Assembly (NCBI GenBank): GCA_019163335.1
Contig: JAFLKM010000026.1
Coordinates: 26,347 to 90,346, forward strand
DNA from: Desulfobulbaceae bacterium
Lineage (GTDB): Bacteria > Desulfobacterota > Desulfobulbia > Desulfobulbales > Desulfocapsaceae
Reading direction: 5' to 3'
DNA: 64,000 bases
This document shows, piece by piece, positions 54,104 through 64,000 of the stretch. Position 1 is the stretch's first letter; every line of letters starts with the position of its first letter. The translations under genes and the position numbers were made by a program. The notes under the pieces are model-generated. The model worked only from the letters and a program-made list of their open reading frames with translations, had not been told where the DNA came from and ran no database searches.

Positions 54104-55400
54104 AAATTTTCCTCTTATCAATCACCCGCTGGCCCTTGCCTTCAAATCGTTCCAGCGTTTTTTCCTCCACCAGTTTCACCGCCACCCCAATCCCCAGCTC
54201 GGAACTCAACCGTGACTTGATGGTTTCGATCAGGGCACTCTGTTTTTTCATCTCATCGAAGAGATAGGATTCCTGGACCTCAACCAGAACCGTGGCCTTG
54301 TCCTGGTGATTTTCTCGCTCCACGATGATCCGGTAATGGGGCGCAGTGCCGTCAATATCAAAAAGGACCGATTCAATCTGGGTGGGAAAGACATTGACCC
54401 CTTTAATAATCAACATGTCATCGGTGCGGCCAAGGACACGGCTCATGCGGGCAAAAGTTCGGCCACAGGGGCAGGGCTCCGGCAACAGGCGGGTCAGGTC
54501 GCGGGTGCGGTAGCGGATGACCGGAAAGGCCTCCTTGGTGAGGGTGGTAATAACTATCTCACCAATTTCCCCAGGCTTCACCGGCTCCAGAGTCTCTGGA
54601 TCGAGAATTTCCACCAGGAAATGATCTTCACTGATATGCAGACCGTTGCACTGCTGACATTCACCAGCGACCCCCGGCCCCATGACCTCGGAGAGGCCAT
54701 AATTATCGGTGGCCTGGATCCCCAGCTTCTCATTGATCTCCCGACGCATGGCCTCAGACCAGGGCTCTGCCCCGAAAAGGCCGAATTTCAAGGAAAGACC
54801 TCGGGGATTGATCCCCATGTCCAGCATGACATCGGCAATATTGAGGGCATAGGAAGGAGTGCAGACCAGGGCCGTGGTCTTGAAGTCCTGCATGATCTGG
54901 ATCTGCCGTTTAGTGTTACCGGAAGAGATGGGGATAACCGAGGCTCCCAGCCGCTCGGCCCCATAATGCAGGCCAAAACCGCCGGTAAAAAGGCCGTAGC
55001 CAAAGGCAATCTGGATCACGTCATCCGCCGTCAATCCGGCAGCACACAAGACCCGGGCCACCAGATCCGACCAATTTTTAATATCATTACGGGTATAGCC
55101 AACCACGGTCGCCATGCCGGTGGTGCCCGATGAGGAATGGATGCGCACCACCTCACGCAGGGGCACGGCAAACATGCCATAGGGGTAATTATCGCGCAGA
55201 TCCTGCTTCATGGTGAAGGGCAGTTTATGAATATCTGCAAGAGTGTTAAACCCTTCATAATCAAGCTTCATCTCCCGGAATTTCTGCCGGTAGAACGGGA
55301 CATGGGTTCCCACCCGATAGAGGGTGGACTGCAGACGTTCCAGCTGCAACTGCTCCAGGTCAACCCTGGGCATGCACTCATTTTCCTTTTGCCAGTACAT
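54102..55400 (-). CDS. paaK: Phenylacetate-CoA ligase family protein (paralog 1)
   Basis: [63 protein letters not shown]. Confidence 0.93.
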   Translation of the reverse strand: MYWQKENECMPRVDLEQLQLERLQSTLYRVGTHVPFYRQKFREMKLDYEGFNTLADIHKLPFTMKQDLRDNYPYGMFAVPLREVVRIHSSSGTTGMATVVGYTRNDIKNWSDLVARVLCAAGLTADDVIQIAFGYGLFTGGFGLHYGAERLGASVIPISSGNTKRQIQIMQDFKTTALVCTPSYALNIADVMLDMGINPRGLSLKFGLFGAEPWSEAMRREINEKLGIQATDNYGLSEVMGPGVAGECQQCNGLHISEDHFLVEILDPETLEPVKPGEIGEIVITTLTKEAFPVIRYRTRDLTRLLPEPCPCGRTFARMSRVLGRTDDMLIIKGVNVFPTQIESVLFDIDGTAPHYRIIVERENHQDKATVLVEVQESYLFDEMKKQSALIETIKSRLSSELGIGVAVKLVEEKTLERFEGKGQRVIDKRKI

Positions 55401-55498
55401 GATCTTCGTTTCCTTAAAAAATGGAAGGATTCCGTTAACAATTGAAGGGGCTCTCAACCTTTGAGTGAAGCCTTCCCTTCAGTCTGCAGCCTGTTTTT

Positions 55499-55585
55499 CT
55501 TTAGTGAGTTACAGATTATTTTCTTGTTTTTTTATCCGAAAGTAATCTGCGAAAGGCACTTATCCCGTTCATCGGGGTCAGTCTA
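55499..55585 (-). repeat. Two-hairpin interspersed repeat, copy D (overlaps the livF stop codon)
   Basis: Minus: tagacTGAcCCCGATGAACGGGataAGTGCCTTtcGCAGATTA...TAATCTGTAActCACTaaaga. Confidence 0.85.
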
Positions 55586-56300
55586 TTTTTTCCCGTCCCA
55601 GATAGGCCCGCTGCACATCCTGGTTGTTCAGAAGGTCATCGGCCGGGCCCTGCACAATCACCTTTCCCGTCTCAAAGACATAGCCCCGATCGGCAATGGC
55701 CAGGGCCGCTTTGGCATTCTGTTCCACCAGCAGGACGGTTTTTCCCTCATCCCGCAGCCTGACGATAATCTGAAAAATCTCTTTCACAATAAGCGGCGCA
55801 AGCCCGGTGGACGGTTCGTCCATCATCACCATCTTTGGCCTGGACATCAGCGCCCGACCCATGGCCAGCATCTGCTGTTCACCACCCGACAGGGTTCCCG
55901 CCAGTTGGGTTTTCCGCTCGGCCAAGACCGGAAAAAGGGCGTATTGATAGTCGAGCAATTCGCGAATCACGCGCTGTCCCTCTTTTTGCAAGACATGTGC
56001 GCCAAGAATGAGATTCTCCTCCACGCTCATCGTGGCAAAAACCTGCCTCCCCTCCGGAACCATGACACAGCCCAGGGCAGGAATCTTTTCCGCCGCAGTG
56101 GCACAGATATTCTGTCCCTGAAAAGAAATATCCCCGGACACGGCCTTGATAAGACCGGCAATGGTGGCAAGCAGCGTGGTTTTACCTGCGCCATTGGCCC
56201 CGATAATGGTCACGATCTCGCCTGGGTCCACATGCATGGAGACATGTTTGAGCACCTTGATCTTGCCGTATCCTGATTCCAGATTGCGAATTTTCAGCAT
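55578..56300 (-). CDS. livF: HAAT-family ABC transporter ATPase, LivF-like
   Basis: GANGAGKTT, VPEGRQVF, LSGGEQQML, DEPSTGLAP, LVEQNA. Confidence 0.93.
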   Translation of the reverse strand: MLKIRNLESGYGKIKVLKHVSMHVDPGEIVTIIGANGAGKTTLLATIAGLIKAVSGDISFQGQNICATAAEKIPALGCVMVPEGRQVFATMSVEENLILGAHVLQKEGQRVIRELLDYQYALFPVLAERKTQLAGTLSGGEQQMLAMGRALMSRPKMVMMDEPSTGLAPLIVKEIFQIIVRLRDEGKTVLLVEQNAKAALAIADRGYVFETGKVIVQGPADDLLNNQDVQRAYLGREKID

Positions 56301-56410
56301 AAGCCCTTGTCCAATAGTAGCTGTAACATCCAGTACCGATAACGGTTCAGGAGCGGTGAAGAAATTGGTGATACTGTTGCGGGACTTTCTTCACAGCCTC
56401 TAAGCCTCTC

Positions 56411-57166
56411 TTATTCCCCTAGATAGATTTTGATCACTTCCGGATTATTCTGGATCGCCGCCGGCAGGTCTTCTGCTATCTTCTCTCCAAAACAGAGCAC
56501 CACGATCTCATCGGAGATATCCATGACCAGAGACATGTCATGTTCAACCAGAAGCACGGTAATCCCCATGTCCCGGATCTTGGTGATCAGCCGCCCCACC
56601 TCGGCGGTTTCATAGATATTCAGTCCAGCCGCCGGTTCATCCAGGAGCAGCAGCGAGGGCTGCATGGCCAGGGCCCGGGCCAGTTCCACCGCCCGCTGTT
56701 GACCAAAGGCAAGGCTTGTGGCCAGCACATGGGCACTCTCTCCGATCTCCAGGAGTTCAAGGAGTTCCATGGATTTTCCCAAGACTTCCCGCTCCTCATT
56801 CCAGGTCCAGGGCGCATGGAGCATGGACGATAAGAAACCGGCCTTGCCGCGCAGATGACAGCCAACCATCACATTTTCCAGGGCTGTCATGCCGGCAAAC
56901 ATCTTGATATTCTGATAGGTTCTGGCCATTCCCAGGGCCGCGATCTCAAAAGGACGCCGTCCCTGAATGTCTTTCCCCTGAAAACGAACCACTCCTGAGC
57001 TTGGCGTCAGGGCTCCGGATACCAGGTTAAACAGGGTCGTCTTGCCGGCTCCGTTTGGCCCGATTACCGCCTTGATTTGCCCCGCTGCCACCTGAAAGGA
57101 GACATCATTGACCGCGTGCAGCCCGCCAAAACGGCGATGCAGATTTTCCACCGCTAGAATTGCCAT
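56411..57166 (-). CDS. livG: HAAT-family ABC transporter ATPase, LivG-like
   Basis: FGGLHAV, GPNGAGKTT, LDEPAAGLN, VEHDM, YLG. Confidence 0.93.
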   Translation of the reverse strand: MAILAVENLHRRFGGLHAVNDVSFQVAAGQIKAVIGPNGAGKTTLFNLVSGALTPSSGVVRFQGKDIQGRRPFEIAALGMARTYQNIKMFAGMTALENVMVGCHLRGKAGFLSSMLHAPWTWNEEREVLGKSMELLELLEIGESAHVLATSLAFGQQRAVELARALAMQPSLLLLDEPAAGLNIYETAEVGRLITKIRDMGITVLLVEHDMSLVMDISDEIVVLCFGEKIAEDLPAAIQNNPEVIKIYLGE

Positions 57167-57174
57167 ACCCTCCC

Positions 57175-58248
57175 TCAGACCTCCCTGTCCTGCTGAACGG
57201 TCGGCACCGTTACCGCCTGTTTCTTCCGACCGGTGATTAGACTCAGTATCCCATCGGGCGCAAAGAGCATGATCACAATGAGAATCAGGCCAAAAACCGC
57301 GTCATCATAACTTCCGAAAACCCCGCGCAGGGACAGAAAGTTCAACAGCACTCCCATGAACATCGCCCCCCAGAGATGGGCCATGCCCCCCACCGCCACA
57401 ATGGCCACATAGCGCACCGACTTCATCACTCCGGCCTCCGATGGCCCGATTCCGCCATTATAATGGGTCAGCAAAACCCCGGCGATGGCGGCAAAGACGG
57501 CAGAGAGGACAAAGGTCTGCAGTTTGAAACGAGCAATATTGACCCCCATGGCATCGGCGGCCTCCTCGGAGCCATGAATCGCCCGCAAAGCCCTACCAAT
57601 GCGGGATTGCATCAGATTAATGAGCAAAACCAGGCCACACAGGAGGACCCCCCAGGCGAGATAGTAATTCAATATCCGGACCGAGGTTTCCCCGCTCACC
57701 GTCACTCCTGAGAAAAGCTGAAAAGGAGGTACGCCGGAAATCCCATCCGCCTCGCCGAACCAAGGAGTGGCGAGCACCAGACGATAAATGATGATGCCAA
57801 AACCCAGGGTCGCCATGGCTAAGTAGTGCCCTTTGAGTTTCAGTACCGGAATTCCAATGGCCACGGCAATCAGGGCCGCCACCAGAACTGCGAACACAGC
57901 CGCCGCCCAGGGAGTTACCACTAACAGCTCGCCGCCATAAAGATCTTTTCCCGCATGAAGCATGCCGCAGTTATCCAGCAGACGCACCAGCGCCGCCTCC
58001 TTGAAAGGCACAAGGCTTCGGGTGGTCAAGGCGGCAGAAAGGTAGCCACCGATGGCAAAAAAACCGGCATGCCCCAGGGAAATCTGCCCGGCATACCCCA
58101 TGAGCACACAGAGCCCGATGATCAGCAGCGAGTAATAGGCCGCCATGGTCATCTGGGTCAGATAATACTGGGTTCCGGTCCAGGCGGTCACCAGCTGCAC
58201 CAGCACGACCACAGCCAGCAGGGGCAGAATTGGAAGAATTCTTTTCAT
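57175..58248 (-). CDS. livM: HAAT-family ABC permease, LivM-like
   Basis: GYAGQISLGHAGFFAIGGY, LKGHYLAMATL, SRIGRALRAI. Confidence 0.93.
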   Translation of the reverse strand: MKRILPILPLLAVVVLVQLVTAWTGTQYYLTQMTMAAYYSLLIIGLCVLMGYAGQISLGHAGFFAIGGYLSAALTTRSLVPFKEAALVRLLDNCGMLHAGKDLYGGELLVVTPWAAAVFAVLVAALIAVAIGIPVLKLKGHYLAMATLGFGIIIYRLVLATPWFGEADGISGVPPFQLFSGVTVSGETSVRILNYYLAWGVLLCGLVLLINLMQSRIGRALRAIHGSEEAADAMGVNIARFKLQTFVLSAVFAAIAGVLLTHYNGGIGPSEAGVMKSVRYVAIVAVGGMAHLWGAMFMGVLLNFLSLRGVFGSYDDAVFGLILIVIMLFAPDGILSLITGRKKQAVTVPTVQQDREV

Positions 58249-58250
58249 GC

Positions 58251-59141
58251 TTAAAAGGCCTTCAACCGGGCCGCTTCACCCGAACCGAAGATCCCGTGCG
58301 GCTTGACAAAAAGGATAAGGAGGAGGATGGCAATGGCAATGGCATCCTGAAAAGCCAGGGGGACAACCGAAACGGAAAAGGCCTCAATGACCCCAAGCAA
58401 CAGCCCTGCCGCCACTGCACCGCCGGAATTTCCAAGTCCTCCCAGAATGGCTACGGTAAAGCCTTTGATGGCAAGCCCGGTGCCCATATCATACTGACTG
58501 TAGGTAATGGGTGACATGACGCATCCCGCCAGAGCCCCCATACCGGCGCTGAGGACAAAGGAAAAGGTGACCATATTGCGGGGATTGATCCCGCAAAGAA
58601 TCGTGGCCAGACGATTCGCGGCGCAGGCCCGCATCTCACGGCCCACCGACGTTGCCCTGAAAAAAAGATGGAGAACCGCGACCATCACCCCGCACACCCC
58701 CACCACCCATAAGACCTGTGGGGAAATCCGTGCGCCCATGATTCCAATGGTGGTGATCTCATTGCCGACAAAATAGGGAAGGGCCCGAATATTTTCACCC
58801 CAGATATGGACTGCTGCCTCGCGGGTCAGGATGGAAAGACCAATGGTGATGATAATCATCCGCAACACCGAAGGATTCTTCAACCAGCGGATAAAAATGA
58901 TCTCGATAAGGGCGCCGATGATCATGGTAATAATCACGGCCAGAGCAATAGCCGCAGGAAGGGGCATGAAAGACAACAGAGTGATGGCAATCATCCCGCC
59001 CAGCATAACAAACTCGCCTTGGGCGAAATTGATGATCCCGGTGGTGTTATAAATAATATTAAACCCGATGGCGACGATGGCATAAATACTGCCATAGGTG
59101 ATGCCGGCAAAGAGGTACTGGACAAAAAGTTCAGTGCTCAT
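58251..59141 (-). CDS. livH: HAAT-family ABC permease, LivH-like
   Basis: GSIYAIVAIGF, INFAQGEFVMLG, GREMRA, KGFTVAILGGLG. Confidence 0.93.
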   Translation of the reverse strand: MSTELFVQYLFAGITYGSIYAIVAIGFNIIYNTTGIINFAQGEFVMLGGMIAITLLSFMPLPAAIALAVIITMIIGALIEIIFIRWLKNPSVLRMIIITIGLSILTREAAVHIWGENIRALPYFVGNEITTIGIMGARISPQVLWVVGVCGVMVAVLHLFFRATSVGREMRACAANRLATILCGINPRNMVTFSFVLSAGMGALAGCVMSPITYSQYDMGTGLAIKGFTVAILGGLGNSGGAVAAGLLLGVIEAFSVSVVPLAFQDAIAIAILLLILFVKPHGIFGSGEAARLKAF

Positions 59142-59170
59142 AAACAAAGGTGTGGCTCAGGATAAAGAAA

Positions 59171-59201
59171 AAGGGCCGGGAGAGTCTCCTTCCGGCCCCT
59201 T
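59171..59201 (-). terminator. Terminator-like hairpin between the binding-protein gene and the permease genes
   Basis: Minus: GGGCCGG...CCGGCCC followed by TTTTTCTTT. Confidence 0.6.
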
Positions 59202-59235
59202 GTTTTCTGCAATGTTTCCGAAATTGTTTGCAGAT

Positions 59236-60390
59236 TTACTTAGCGGGATAGGCTACAAACTTGCCGCCTTTGACCGTCATCATCTGGAAGGCATCAATGG
59301 TCAAACCATTATGATCCTTCTCCGAAAAGGTAAAGATACCCGTGGCAGAGGGCAGGCCCTTTAACTGCTCAATGGCGGCCCGCACCTTGTCACGATCCAA
59401 ACTGCCGGCTTTTTTCACAGCAGCTTCGAAAATGATAAAGGCATCATAGGCGTACCCACCGAAGGCGGAGACATTTTCCTTATATTTATCCTCATAATCT
59501 TTTTTATACTTCACCAGCAAGGCCTTCTGGGGATGGCCATCGGGCAGGTCTGAAGCAATCAGCAAACGACTAGCCGGAAAGATAATCCCGTCTGCAGCGG
59601 CCCCTGCTGCCTCAACAAACTTGATGTTTCCAAAACCATGGCTCTGAAAAATCGGTACATCCCATCCCATCTGCCGGATATTCTTGGCAACAATGGACTG
59701 GGCAGGAACCACCGACCAGTTCACCACGGCCTGTACCTCCTTGTTGGCCTTGATCTTGGCCACCACCGCTGAGAGGTCATTGGCGGCCTTGTCATAGACC
59801 TCGTTTTCCACAACCTTGATATTAAATTCAGGGGCAATCTTCACCAATTGCTCCTGCCCGGCCTTGCCAAAACCGGTATTATCCACCAGCACCGCCATAT
59901 TGGTTAGTCCCAGCTTCTTCATTTCCTGATAGATCGACCGCACCGCATCGGAATCTTTCTGCGGGGTCTTAAACACGTAAGAGGCAACGGGATCAACAAT
60001 CACCTCGGCAGCGGCACAGGAGAGAAGCGGCGTCTTGCCATCCTCGGCAATCTTTTTAATCTGCATGGTCTCACCGCTGCTGGAGGGCCCGATGATGGCG
60101 ACAACCTTGTCTTCTTCGATGAGCTGCTTGGCAAAAGAGACGGCCTTTTCCGGATTGCCGGTCGAATCTTTGAGAATAAGCTCAACGGGCTTCCCGTCAA
60201 TCCCGCCCCTGGCATTGGTTTCCGCCACAAGCATCTCGAGGGTTCGGGCCTCAGGTCCGCCTAAGAAGGACATCGGACCGGTCACGGCCAGAATTGCTCC
60301 CACCTTGATATTCTCCGCCCAGGCCGGGGGTGCCAGCATCAGCCCCAGGGCTGCAGCCCCCATCACTACCTTCGATACAATCCCTTTCAT
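59236..60390 (-). CDS. HAAT-family ABC substrate-binding protein (paralog 1)
   Basis: Signal peptide ending AWA, IKVGAILAVTGP, GGIDGKPVELI, IIGPSSSG. Confidence 0.92.
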   Translation of the reverse strand: MKGIVSKVVMGAAALGLMLAPPAWAENIKVGAILAVTGPMSFLGGPEARTLEMLVAETNARGGIDGKPVELILKDSTGNPEKAVSFAKQLIEEDKVVAIIGPSSSGETMQIKKIAEDGKTPLLSCAAAEVIVDPVASYVFKTPQKDSDAVRSIYQEMKKLGLTNMAVLVDNTGFGKAGQEQLVKIAPEFNIKVVENEVYDKAANDLSAVVAKIKANKEVQAVVNWSVVPAQSIVAKNIRQMGWDVPIFQSHGFGNIKFVEAAGAAADGIIFPASRLLIASDLPDGHPQKALLVKYKKDYEDKYKENVSAFGGYAYDAFIIFEAAVKKAGSLDRDKVRAAIEQLKGLPSATGIFTFSEKDHNGLTIDAFQMMTVKGGKFVAYPAK

Positions 60391-60450
60391 AACCGGTCCC
60401 CATTGTATTCGTTAACGTTCACGGATGGTTCTTTATGACCATCCACATTT

Positions 60451-60882
60451 TTATAGCGCGCAGACCTGTTCCCCGCTCAACAGTCTAAACCCGTCCTGAA
60501 CCAAGGCGGCAATGGCCTTGTCCATCTCATCAAAACGGAAGATCAAAACCGCGTTTTCCCCGCTTTTATTGACAAAGGCGTACATATATTCCACATTGAG
60601 ATCCGCTTTTTCAATGCTCTTCAAGACACTTGCCAGGCCACCGCTGCGATCATCCACCACCACTGCGATGACATTGGTACCCCCGACGGTGAAGCCATTG
60701 GCCTTCAACACCCTTTTGGCCTTTTCCACATCGTTGACGATCAACCGCAAAATACCGAAATCAGCAGTATCAGCCACAGATAAAGCCCTGATATTAATAT
60801 CATTTTCAGCAAGTGTGGCGGTAATCTCCGCCAGTCGGCCGGATTTGTTCTCCAAAAAAACTGCAATCTGTTCTACGCGCAT
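60451..60882 (-). CDS. Tandem ACT-domain protein
   Basis: [50 protein letters not shown]. Confidence 0.92.
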   Translation of the reverse strand: MRVEQIAVFLENKSGRLAEITATLAENDINIRALSVADTADFGILRLIVNDVEKAKRVLKANGFTVGGTNVIAVVVDDRSGGLASVLKSIEKADLNVEYMYAFVNKSGENAVLIFRFDEMDKAIAALVQDGFRLLSGEQVCAL

Positions 60883-60975
60883 ACCCAATCCTCCTGGATT
60901 TTGGATTGAAAAAAGCAACAATAAGGACTTCGACAGGAAGCTGCAGGAGAGCTGCGGCTTTCAACCTGTTCCGTC

Positions 60976-62289
60976 CTACATCTTTCTGTTATCAATAACC
61001 CGCTGGGCCTTGCCCTCACTGCGCTGAATGGTCCGCGGCTCAACTAACTGCACCTTGCAAGTCACACCAAGCATGTCCTTGATATCAGACTGGATCTTGC
61101 GCGTCAGTTTTTCCAGGGTCTTCACCTCGTCGGAAAACAGGGCCTCGCTGACCTCCACCCGCACCGCCATGGTATCAAGATTGCCTTCACGGTTCACCAC
61201 AATCTGATAGTGGGGCTCAACACCCTCCGTTCCCATGAGCACGTGCTCCACCTGGGACGGAAAGACGTTGACGCCGCGGATAATAAGCATGTCGTCGGTA
61301 CGGCCGGTGACCTTTTCCATGCGCACCATGGTGCGGCCGCAGGCACAGGGTTCATGAATAAGCCGGGAGATATCCTTGGTCCGATAGCGGATCAGGGGAA
61401 AGGCCTCCTTGGTCAGGGTCGTGAACACCAGCTCGCCTTTCTCGCCCGGAGGCAAAACCTCGCCGGTATCCGGGTCAATGATCTCCGGCAGGAAATGATC
61501 TTCAAAAATATGCATGCCGCGATCCGTCTCCAGACACTGCATGGCGACGCCCGGCCCCATCACCTCGGAGAGCCCGTAAATATCAACGGCCCGGATGTTG
61601 AGCTTCCGCTCCACCTCACTGCGCATATTCTCACTCCAGGGCTCGGCCCCGAAGATCCCAACCCGCAGGGCCAGGGCTTTGCAGTCAACCCCCAACTCGA
61701 CCATGGCATCGGCCAGATTCAGGGCATACGAAGGCGTGGACAACAGGACGCTGGAACGAAAATCCTGCATGATGGTGATCTGGCGTTTGGTATTGCCGCC
61801 CGACACCGGAATAACCGTGGCCCCTAACCGCTCCACCCCGTAATGGGCACCCAGGCCGCCGGTAAACAGGCCATAACCATAGGCATTGTGGATCATATCG
61901 CGGGACGTGGCACCGGCACAGGTCAAAGCCCGGGCCATGACTCCAGACCAGGTCTCGATATCCTTCTTAGTATACCCGACCACCGTCGGCTTGCCGGTGG
62001 TGCCAGAGGAGGCGTGGACCCGCACCACCTGGTCCATAGGCACGGTGAAGAGCCCGAAAGGATAATTATCGCGCAGGTCATCCTTTACAGTAAAGGGCAG
62101 CTTCTGCAGATCAGCCAGGGTTTTGATATCACCGGGTTTCACCCCGGCCGCATCCATCTTGGCGCGATAGGGCGCAACCGTTGCATAGACCCTGGCCACC
62201 AGGTGCTTCAAGCGGGTCAACTGAACAGACTCAAGCCCGACCCGGGGCAGAGTCTCTATTTCTTCTTCCCAATAGAGGGTTGTCATCAT
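60976..62289 (-). CDS. paaK: Phenylacetate-CoA ligase family protein (paralog 2)
   Basis: [54 protein letters not shown]. Confidence 0.93.
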   Translation of the reverse strand: MMTTLYWEEEIETLPRVGLESVQLTRLKHLVARVYATVAPYRAKMDAAGVKPGDIKTLADLQKLPFTVKDDLRDNYPFGLFTVPMDQVVRVHASSGTTGKPTVVGYTKKDIETWSGVMARALTCAGATSRDMIHNAYGYGLFTGGLGAHYGVERLGATVIPVSGGNTKRQITIMQDFRSSVLLSTPSYALNLADAMVELGVDCKALALRVGIFGAEPWSENMRSEVERKLNIRAVDIYGLSEVMGPGVAMQCLETDRGMHIFEDHFLPEIIDPDTGEVLPPGEKGELVFTTLTKEAFPLIRYRTKDISRLIHEPCACGRTMVRMEKVTGRTDDMLIIRGVNVFPSQVEHVLMGTEGVEPHYQIVVNREGNLDTMAVRVEVSEALFSDEVKTLEKLTRKIQSDIKDMLGVTCKVQLVEPRTIQRSEGKAQRVIDNRKM

Positions 62290-62364
62290 TTGCTCCTATA
62301 AAAAGACTCAGCTATATGTATTTCCTCGAAATGGCACACCTTCAAATAGACAGAGGCAGAAAAA

Positions 62365-63519
62365 TTACTTGGCAGGATAAGCGACAAACTTGCCATTTTT
62401 CACGGTTGTCATCTGGAAGGCATCAATGGTCAGGCCATTGTGATCCTTCTCTGAGAACGAAAAGACCCCTCCGACTCCCGGCAGATCCTGCAACTGCTCA
62501 ATGGCCGCCCGCACTTTCTCACGTTCCATGCTGCCGGCTTTTTTCACAGCGGCATCGAGAATAATAAAGGTGTCATAGGTATGGCCGCCAAAGGTGGAGA
62601 CATTTTCTTTAAACCTGCTTTCATACTTTTTGGTGTAATCCATCAGCAAGGCTTTCTGGGGATGATTCGCCGGCAGCTCAGAGGCAATCAGCAACCGTCC
62701 GGCAGGAAAGATAATGCCTTCAGCGGCAGCCCCGGCAGCCTCAGCAAATTTGATATTAGCAAAGCCATGACTTTGGAAGATCGGCACATCCCAACCCATC
62801 TGGCGGATATTTTTGGCAACAATGGACTGGGCAGGCACCACCGACCAGTTGACCACCGCCTGCACATCCTTGTTGGCCTTGATCTTGGCGACCACTGCCG
62901 ACAGATCATTTGCGGCCTTATCATACACATCATTTTCCACAATCTTGATGTTGAACTCAGGGGCGATCTTCACCAGCTGCTCCTGCCCGGCCTTGCCAAA
63001 TCCGGTGTTATCCACCAGAACCGCAATACTGCCAAGCCCCAGTTTGTTCATCTCCTTGAAAATCATCTTGACCGCGTCGGAATCCTTCTGGGCCACCTTA
63101 AACACATACGAGGCCAGAGGCTCTACAATCACTTCGGCTGCGGCACAGGAGAGAAGCGGGGTCTTGCCGTCTTCGGCTATTTTTTTAATTTGCATGGTCT
63201 CGCCGCTGCTGGAGGGCCCGACAATGGCCACGACCTTATCCTCTTCGATGAGCTGCTTGGCAAAAGAGACGGCCTTTTCAGGATTTCCGGCAGAGTCCTT
63301 GATGATAAGCTCAATAGGATGGCCGCTCATTCCACCCTTGGCATTGGCCTCCTCAACCAGCATCTCCAGGGTTCGGGCCTCCGGGGCACCCAGAAAAGAC
63401 ATCGGGCCTGTAACCGCCAGTATCGCCCCTATCTTCAGATTTTCCGCCCACGCCGTCGTGGACACCATCAGGCTCAAGGCGGCAGCCCCCATCGTTATTT
63501 TAGACAGAATCCCTTTCAT
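62365..63519 (-). CDS. HAAT-family ABC substrate-binding protein (paralog 2)
   Basis: 384 aa, colinear with 59236-60390 and sharing long identical blocks. Confidence 0.92.
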   Translation of the reverse strand: MKGILSKITMGAAALSLMVSTTAWAENLKIGAILAVTGPMSFLGAPEARTLEMLVEEANAKGGMSGHPIELIIKDSAGNPEKAVSFAKQLIEEDKVVAIVGPSSSGETMQIKKIAEDGKTPLLSCAAAEVIVEPLASYVFKVAQKDSDAVKMIFKEMNKLGLGSIAVLVDNTGFGKAGQEQLVKIAPEFNIKIVENDVYDKAANDLSAVVAKIKANKDVQAVVNWSVVPAQSIVAKNIRQMGWDVPIFQSHGFANIKFAEAAGAAAEGIIFPAGRLLIASELPANHPQKALLMDYTKKYESRFKENVSTFGGHTYDTFIILDAAVKKAGSMEREKVRAAIEQLQDLPGVGGVFSFSEKDHNGLTIDAFQMTTVKNGKFVAYPAK

Positions 63520-63739
63520 AACCCGCTCCCCTTCATAGTATTAATCTTTCAAGACCGACCATTCCCGACGCTCTTTTTATACCGGATCCAGAGCGTCTCC
63601 CACATAAAAAGACAAACCAAATTTTTCTACAGTTGTAAGACTCGTCTGATTTTCAGGGCATTCCAGACAAACGAGGAAGAAAACAGCGAAAAGCACGCCA
63701 TCATAAGGCATTCGTCCAGTTGGGACACCTCTTCTTAGG

Positions 63740-64000
63740 CTAGCCCTGACTCACCTTCCGCCCGGCGGCAAAGGCCTTGAGATTCACGTCCTTGAATTTT
63801 ACCGGCACCCGGGCGGCAATGATCTCTTCATAGACCGAAGAGGCCATGGGCAGGAAGGCGGAAATCGCCCCCACCATCACCACATTGGCGGTTCGCACCT
63901 CACCCACCTCACGGGCCAGCTCAAAGGCATCCACCAGCACCACCTTGATTCCCCGGGCGGTGATATGATCCAGCACATCCTCGGGATACGTGGTCTTGCC
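63740..64000 (-). CDS. iorB: Indolepyruvate:ferredoxin oxidoreductase beta subunit (C-terminal part; start is beyond the window)
   Basis: YPEDV...VDAFELAREVGEVRTANVVMVGAIS...VNLKAFAAG; paaK/ACT context. Confidence 0.8.
   Translation of the reverse strand, partial: GKTTYPEDVLDHITARGIKVVLVDAFELAREVGEVRTANVVMVGAISAFLPMASSVYEEIIAARVPVKFKDVNLKAFAAGRKVSQG

Noticed and set aside
56301..56410. Leader peptide between livG and livF
   Set aside because: Only a 15-codon GTG ORF with no informative codon run or attenuator structure.

Overview
Core-chromosome window (mostly minus-strand genes) of what gene content suggests is a sulfate-reducing Desulfobacterota, probably Desulfobulbales (inference). Left to right: (1) an atypical dcw cluster, mraZ-rsmH-ftsL-ftsI-like-murEF(fused)-mraY-murD-murG, with no ftsW and an FtsI-like protein lacking transpeptidase catalytic motifs; (2) panB, ruvCAB, yebC, rlmE and tRNA-maturation genes (loop-less CC-adding-type nucleotidyltransferase, Dus, TrmFO); (3) a small accessory islet (orphan membrane gene with cassette-like ends, HI1419/HI1420-type toxin-antitoxin) beside a Zn-finger/degenerate-TOPRIM/DnaB-type (T7 gp4/Twinkle-like) gene and a 1116-aa HEAT-cNMP-PilZ gene; (4) maf, FabL-like SDR, DUF362, B12-radical SAM, a 59-aa Cys-rich gene missed by the ORF track, YkgJ, SH3 protein, folP, ftsH, carAB, a cyclophilin-FKBP fusion, a REC-REC-GGDEF cyclase, trpS, grpE-dnaK and ahbD-like/hemE/HD; (5) an iorB/paaK/ACT/liv-type ABC cluster with duplicated ligase and binding-protein genes. 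A two-hairpin intergenic repeat with compensatory base changes occurs four times. No rRNA, tRNA, CRISPR array, integrase or intact transposase was seen. All calls are by-eye motif recognition; no searches were run.
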